Of a stretch of 64,000 nucleotides of DNA, positions 61,055 through 64,000 are shown piece by piece. The notes under the pieces are model-generated. The model saw nothing but the letters and a program-made list of their open reading frames with translations, searched no databases and was not told where the DNA came from. Positions within the stretch are counted from its first letter, which is position 1; each line of letters begins with the position of its first letter. The DNA is taken from positions 534,039 to 598,038 of the forward strand of contig CAVRUC010000013.1 in assembly GCA_963724295.1 (NCBI GenBank). Direction: 5' to 3'. A program made the translations under genes and the position numbers. Source of the stretch: an uncultured Chloroflexia bacterium. GTDB taxonomy: Bacteria > Chloroflexota > Chloroflexia > Thermomicrobiales > UBA6265.

Positions 61055-61540
61055 GCTGAACTACTCCCTCCCCAAAAGGGTGTCGGCGGCATTACCGATG
61101 TCGGACTGCAGACGCGCTTCCAGAGGGAAAGCCGACGTTTCAGGCCCGCTTTGCTCTCATCATCTAGATCACTACGTGAATTTCGCCGGGCGCGAGATCT
61201 GGCTCGCCTTCCGAGTCATGCTGTGCGACGCGACGGCGTGCCATCTAACCCAACGCAAACGCATAGTGCTTCCTGGCTTCTGTTCAGATCATGGGACGAG
61301 ACGCCGCCGCGCGCATGATCCGAAACGGATTATTTTCCGCATGGCTGGCACAGCGTCGCCAGGCGTGGTGGCGAGCCGGTGACAGCGGTCCAGCATCACG
61401 ACGCATCTCTGGAATCCGTCCCCGGTTCGGTGAACCGGTTTCAATGAGGATGGCCCGATACCGGTCCCAGGCACCGCACCGGCCGTGATGAGCCTGTCGC
61501 GTGCTTCCACCCTGGCCGATCACTGGCCCCCCGTTCATCG

Positions 61541-62953
61541 TTGACCACGTTCCTGCCTGCGACCTCCTTGCAGGACGAGCGATCGAGCACCGACGTTGCG
61601 GCCATCGGGTTACGCTTCCGCTATGACCGTCGAGACCGCAGATCAGCCTCAGTCGACGACGCCCGTACCTCGCGGCACGACCTCGGCCGCCTGGCCGCCG
61701 TCGCTGCGGCCAGCGGCCTGTTGACCGGGGTCGTGGGCGCGGCATTTCGGCTGAGCCTGGAGCAGGCTGATAGCCTGCGCGATGCGCTCATTCAATGGGC
61801 GCATCAATGGCCGGAGATCGGCTGGGTGGTTCCCGTGACGATAGCCGCGGTCCTCGTGGCGACGGCCCGATGGATGGTGCAGCGATTCGCGCCCCTCGCC
61901 GCGGGCAGCGGCGTGCAGCATGTCGAGGCGGTGATGCGCGGCGAAGCCGAGGCCGCCCCGCTCGCCGTTCTGCCGGTCAAGTTTGTCGGGGGCGTGCTCG
62001 CCATCGGCTCCGGTCTGGCGCTTGGCCGGGAAGGTCCGACCGTGCAGATGGGCGCTACCATCGGCGGGTGGCTGACGCGGCGCAGCGCCCTCGACGACCC
62101 GGCCGTGCGTGTCGTGCAGAGCGCGGCTGCGGGAGCCGGTCTGGCGGTGGCGTTCAACACCCCCCTGGGCGGGATTGCCTTCGTCTTCGAGGAGCTGGCA
62201 CGGCGCTTCAGCACTGAAATCATGGTGGCGACCCTGGCCGCGTGCGTCACAGCGGTTTTGGCGGCACACGCCATCCTGGGCGATACCCTCGACTTCGTGG
62301 TCGTCCCACCGCCTGAGCCGACGAGAGCGATCGTCGGCGCCTGTCTCCTGCTCGGAGGGCTGCTCGGGCTGTTGGGCGCCGCCTACAACCGGACAATCCT
62401 CCTCGCCCTGGACCGCTTCGCGGCCTTTCCGCAGGTTCCGGCGCCACTCCGGGCCGCGGCGGTGGGCGGGGCGGTCGGGCTCATCGCCTGGTTCGAACCG
62501 CGGCTGGTCGGCGGCGGGGATCCGCTCATTCAGGCCGTCCTCGATGCCCCGCTCTCGCTGTCAACACTGGCGGTCATCCTCGTCGCCCGCTGGCTCCTCG
62601 GTCCGCTCTCCTACGCGGCGGGGACCCCGGGCGGCCTTTTTGCGCCGCTGCTGGTGATCGGCGCCGTGGTCGGCGCGCTCTTCGCGCAGCTTGCCGATAG
62701 CGCCACGCCCGCGTTAGCGCTCTCCCCGACCATGGGCGCGATCGTTGGCATGGCGGCGTTTTTCACGGCCGTGGTGAGGGCGCCATTCACGGGCGCGCTC
62801 CTGGTGTTGGGGATGACCGGCACGCTCACACCCCTCCTGCCTGTGCTGGCTGCCTGCGTGGGCGCCACGATCGTCCCCTTCGCTCTCGGCAGCGCCGCCA
62901 TCTACGACACCCTACGGGAGCGCATGGAACAGCCGTCGGCCCCATGCCGGTGA
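61541..62953 (+). CDS. clcA: ClC-family H+/Cl- antiporter (start uncertain)
   Basis: GSGV, GREGP, FEE, GLFAP, IY. Confidence 0.85.
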   Translation: MTTFLPATSLQDERSSTDVAAIGLRFRYDRRDRRSASVDDARTSRHDLGRLAAVAAASGLLTGVVGAAFRLSLEQADSLRDALIQWAHQWPEIGWVVPVTIAAVLVATARWMVQRFAPLAAGSGVQHVEAVMRGEAEAAPLAVLPVKFVGGVLAIGSGLALGREGPTVQMGATIGGWLTRRSALDDPAVRVVQSAAAGAGLAVAFNTPLGGIAFVFEELARRFSTEIMVATLAACVTAVLAAHAILGDTLDFVVVPPPEPTRAIVGACLLLGGLLGLLGAAYNRTILLALDRFAAFPQVPAPLRAAAVGGAVGLIAWFEPRLVGGGDPLIQAVLDAPLSLSTLAVILVARWLLGPLSYAAGTPGGLFAPLLVIGAVVGALFAQLADSATPALALSPTMGAIVGMAAFFTAVVRAPFTGALLVLGMTGTLTPLLPVLAACVGATIVPFALGSAAIYDTLRERMEQPSAPCR

Positions 62954-63114
62954 AGGATGAGGGCGAACGGTGGCGAGCAATGTCGTCCGTCGCCTACGCC
63001 CTGCACACGGCGATCCGACCCCGGTCAGGAGGTCGGCATCATCTCAGCCATGCTCCCGGGCGATGCCGGCGATCATGGTGGCGACCATCACGACGTTGTT
63101 CAACGGTCCGGCCC

Positions 63115-63871
63115 CTATTCTTCAGGGGCTGTGCCCCGGTTGCCAAGCTCGCGCACGAGACGCCTGAGCTCCGCAATCTCCTGTCGCAGCTCGTCCACTG
63201 CCTGCCCACTCTGGTCCGGTTCAGCTTTCGCCGGGCCAGGAATGTGGCGGCGAGGAAGCTTGTCAGCACACCAAAGAGCCCGACCCCGAGCGTGAGCATC
63301 ATGACTCCAACCAGCCGCCCGGAGGTGGTGACCGGGAAGCGATCGCCATAGCCGACCGTCGTGACGGTCACATAGGACCACCACAGGGCGTCGGAGGCAC
63401 TGCGGATATTGGCGTCGGGGGTGTTTTTCTCTGCCGCCAGAACCAGGTTGCTCCCGAACTCGAGCAGCACGATCGTGAAGAAGAGGGTTCCCAGGAGAGC
63501 ACTGCCAGCGCGATTGGTGGCGATCGTCTGCCAGATCCGGCGCGGGCCATCGCGCTGGATGACGCTGGCGACGCGGGCCATGCGAAACAAGCGCGCCAGC
63601 CGCAGCCCCGGAAACGGGAGACTGCCGAGGAAGTCGAGCCAGCCGCGGTCGGTAATCAGATACATCCGTTTCTGCGGCGCGCGCTTGAGGCGCAGGCAGA
63701 AATCGGCCAGAAAGATGCCGCTGAGCAACCTGTCGACGATCAGGACGACATTGTGGACGGCGTCACTGAGTGGGGCCAGTGCCAGGCCAATGTTGATGAT
63801 CGAGAGCACCGACAGACCCAGCACGAAGATGTCCCAACTGGTTAGGTCTGGTCGCCGGTATTCGTCGGCAT
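63115..63871 (-). CDS. Voltage-gated-type K+ channel; probable frameshifts near 63850 and 63235
   Basis: S4-like RLARLFRMAR; TTVGYGD filter. The shifted frame gives a coiled-coil C-terminus (VDELRQEIAELRRL) ending at 63115. Confidence 0.8.
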
Positions 63872-64000
63872 GACGCGTCCCTTTCACCGGTGTACGCGGG
63901 AGGTTCACCCAGGTCCCCTGGAGGGAGTCAAGGACCGTGCGCCGCACCCGCGAGTGTGCCGCAGTCGGTCCTGACATCTTCCGCGCAGTAATGACGGCCT

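Noticed and set aside
18112..61180. Shared TACGTGAA at ~18112, 53070 and 61173 as a regulon motif
   Set aside because: Only 8 nt with differing flanks; could be chance.

Overview
GC-rich bacterial DNA. Several secreted proteins begin with a post-signal 'Q[ED]ATP' motif, and there are large ATPase/HTH regulators and ScyD/E proteins; this gene content suggests Chloroflexota (Thermomicrobiales), which is an inference. The window is accessory-type with about 55 genes. It holds flavin/F420 oxidoreductases, a two-gene xanthine-dehydrogenase-family Mo enzyme, secreted hydrolases and peptidases, and lhgO. It also holds a deacetylase / CxxC protein / CobW / ABC operon divergent from a creatininase-family gene, a P450/MFS/mscL block, and a visibly less GC-rich urea-transporter + urease (ureABCFGD, no ureE) block next to ClC and K+ channel genes. 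About 13 single-base frameshifts in conserved genes most likely reflect long-read assembly errors. No rRNA, tRNA, CRISPR array, integrase or transposase was recognised. Most notable: (1) a Tat-exported tandem gamma-carbonic anhydrase whose two domains keep complementary halves of the active site; (2) two orphan, synonymously diverged copies of the same gene 3' end (48402-48515 and 52860-53009), starting at the same nucleotide and bracketing cargo blocks like att scars of tandem integration; (3) the shared Q[ED]ATP N-terminal motif; (4) several composite intergenic repeat families.
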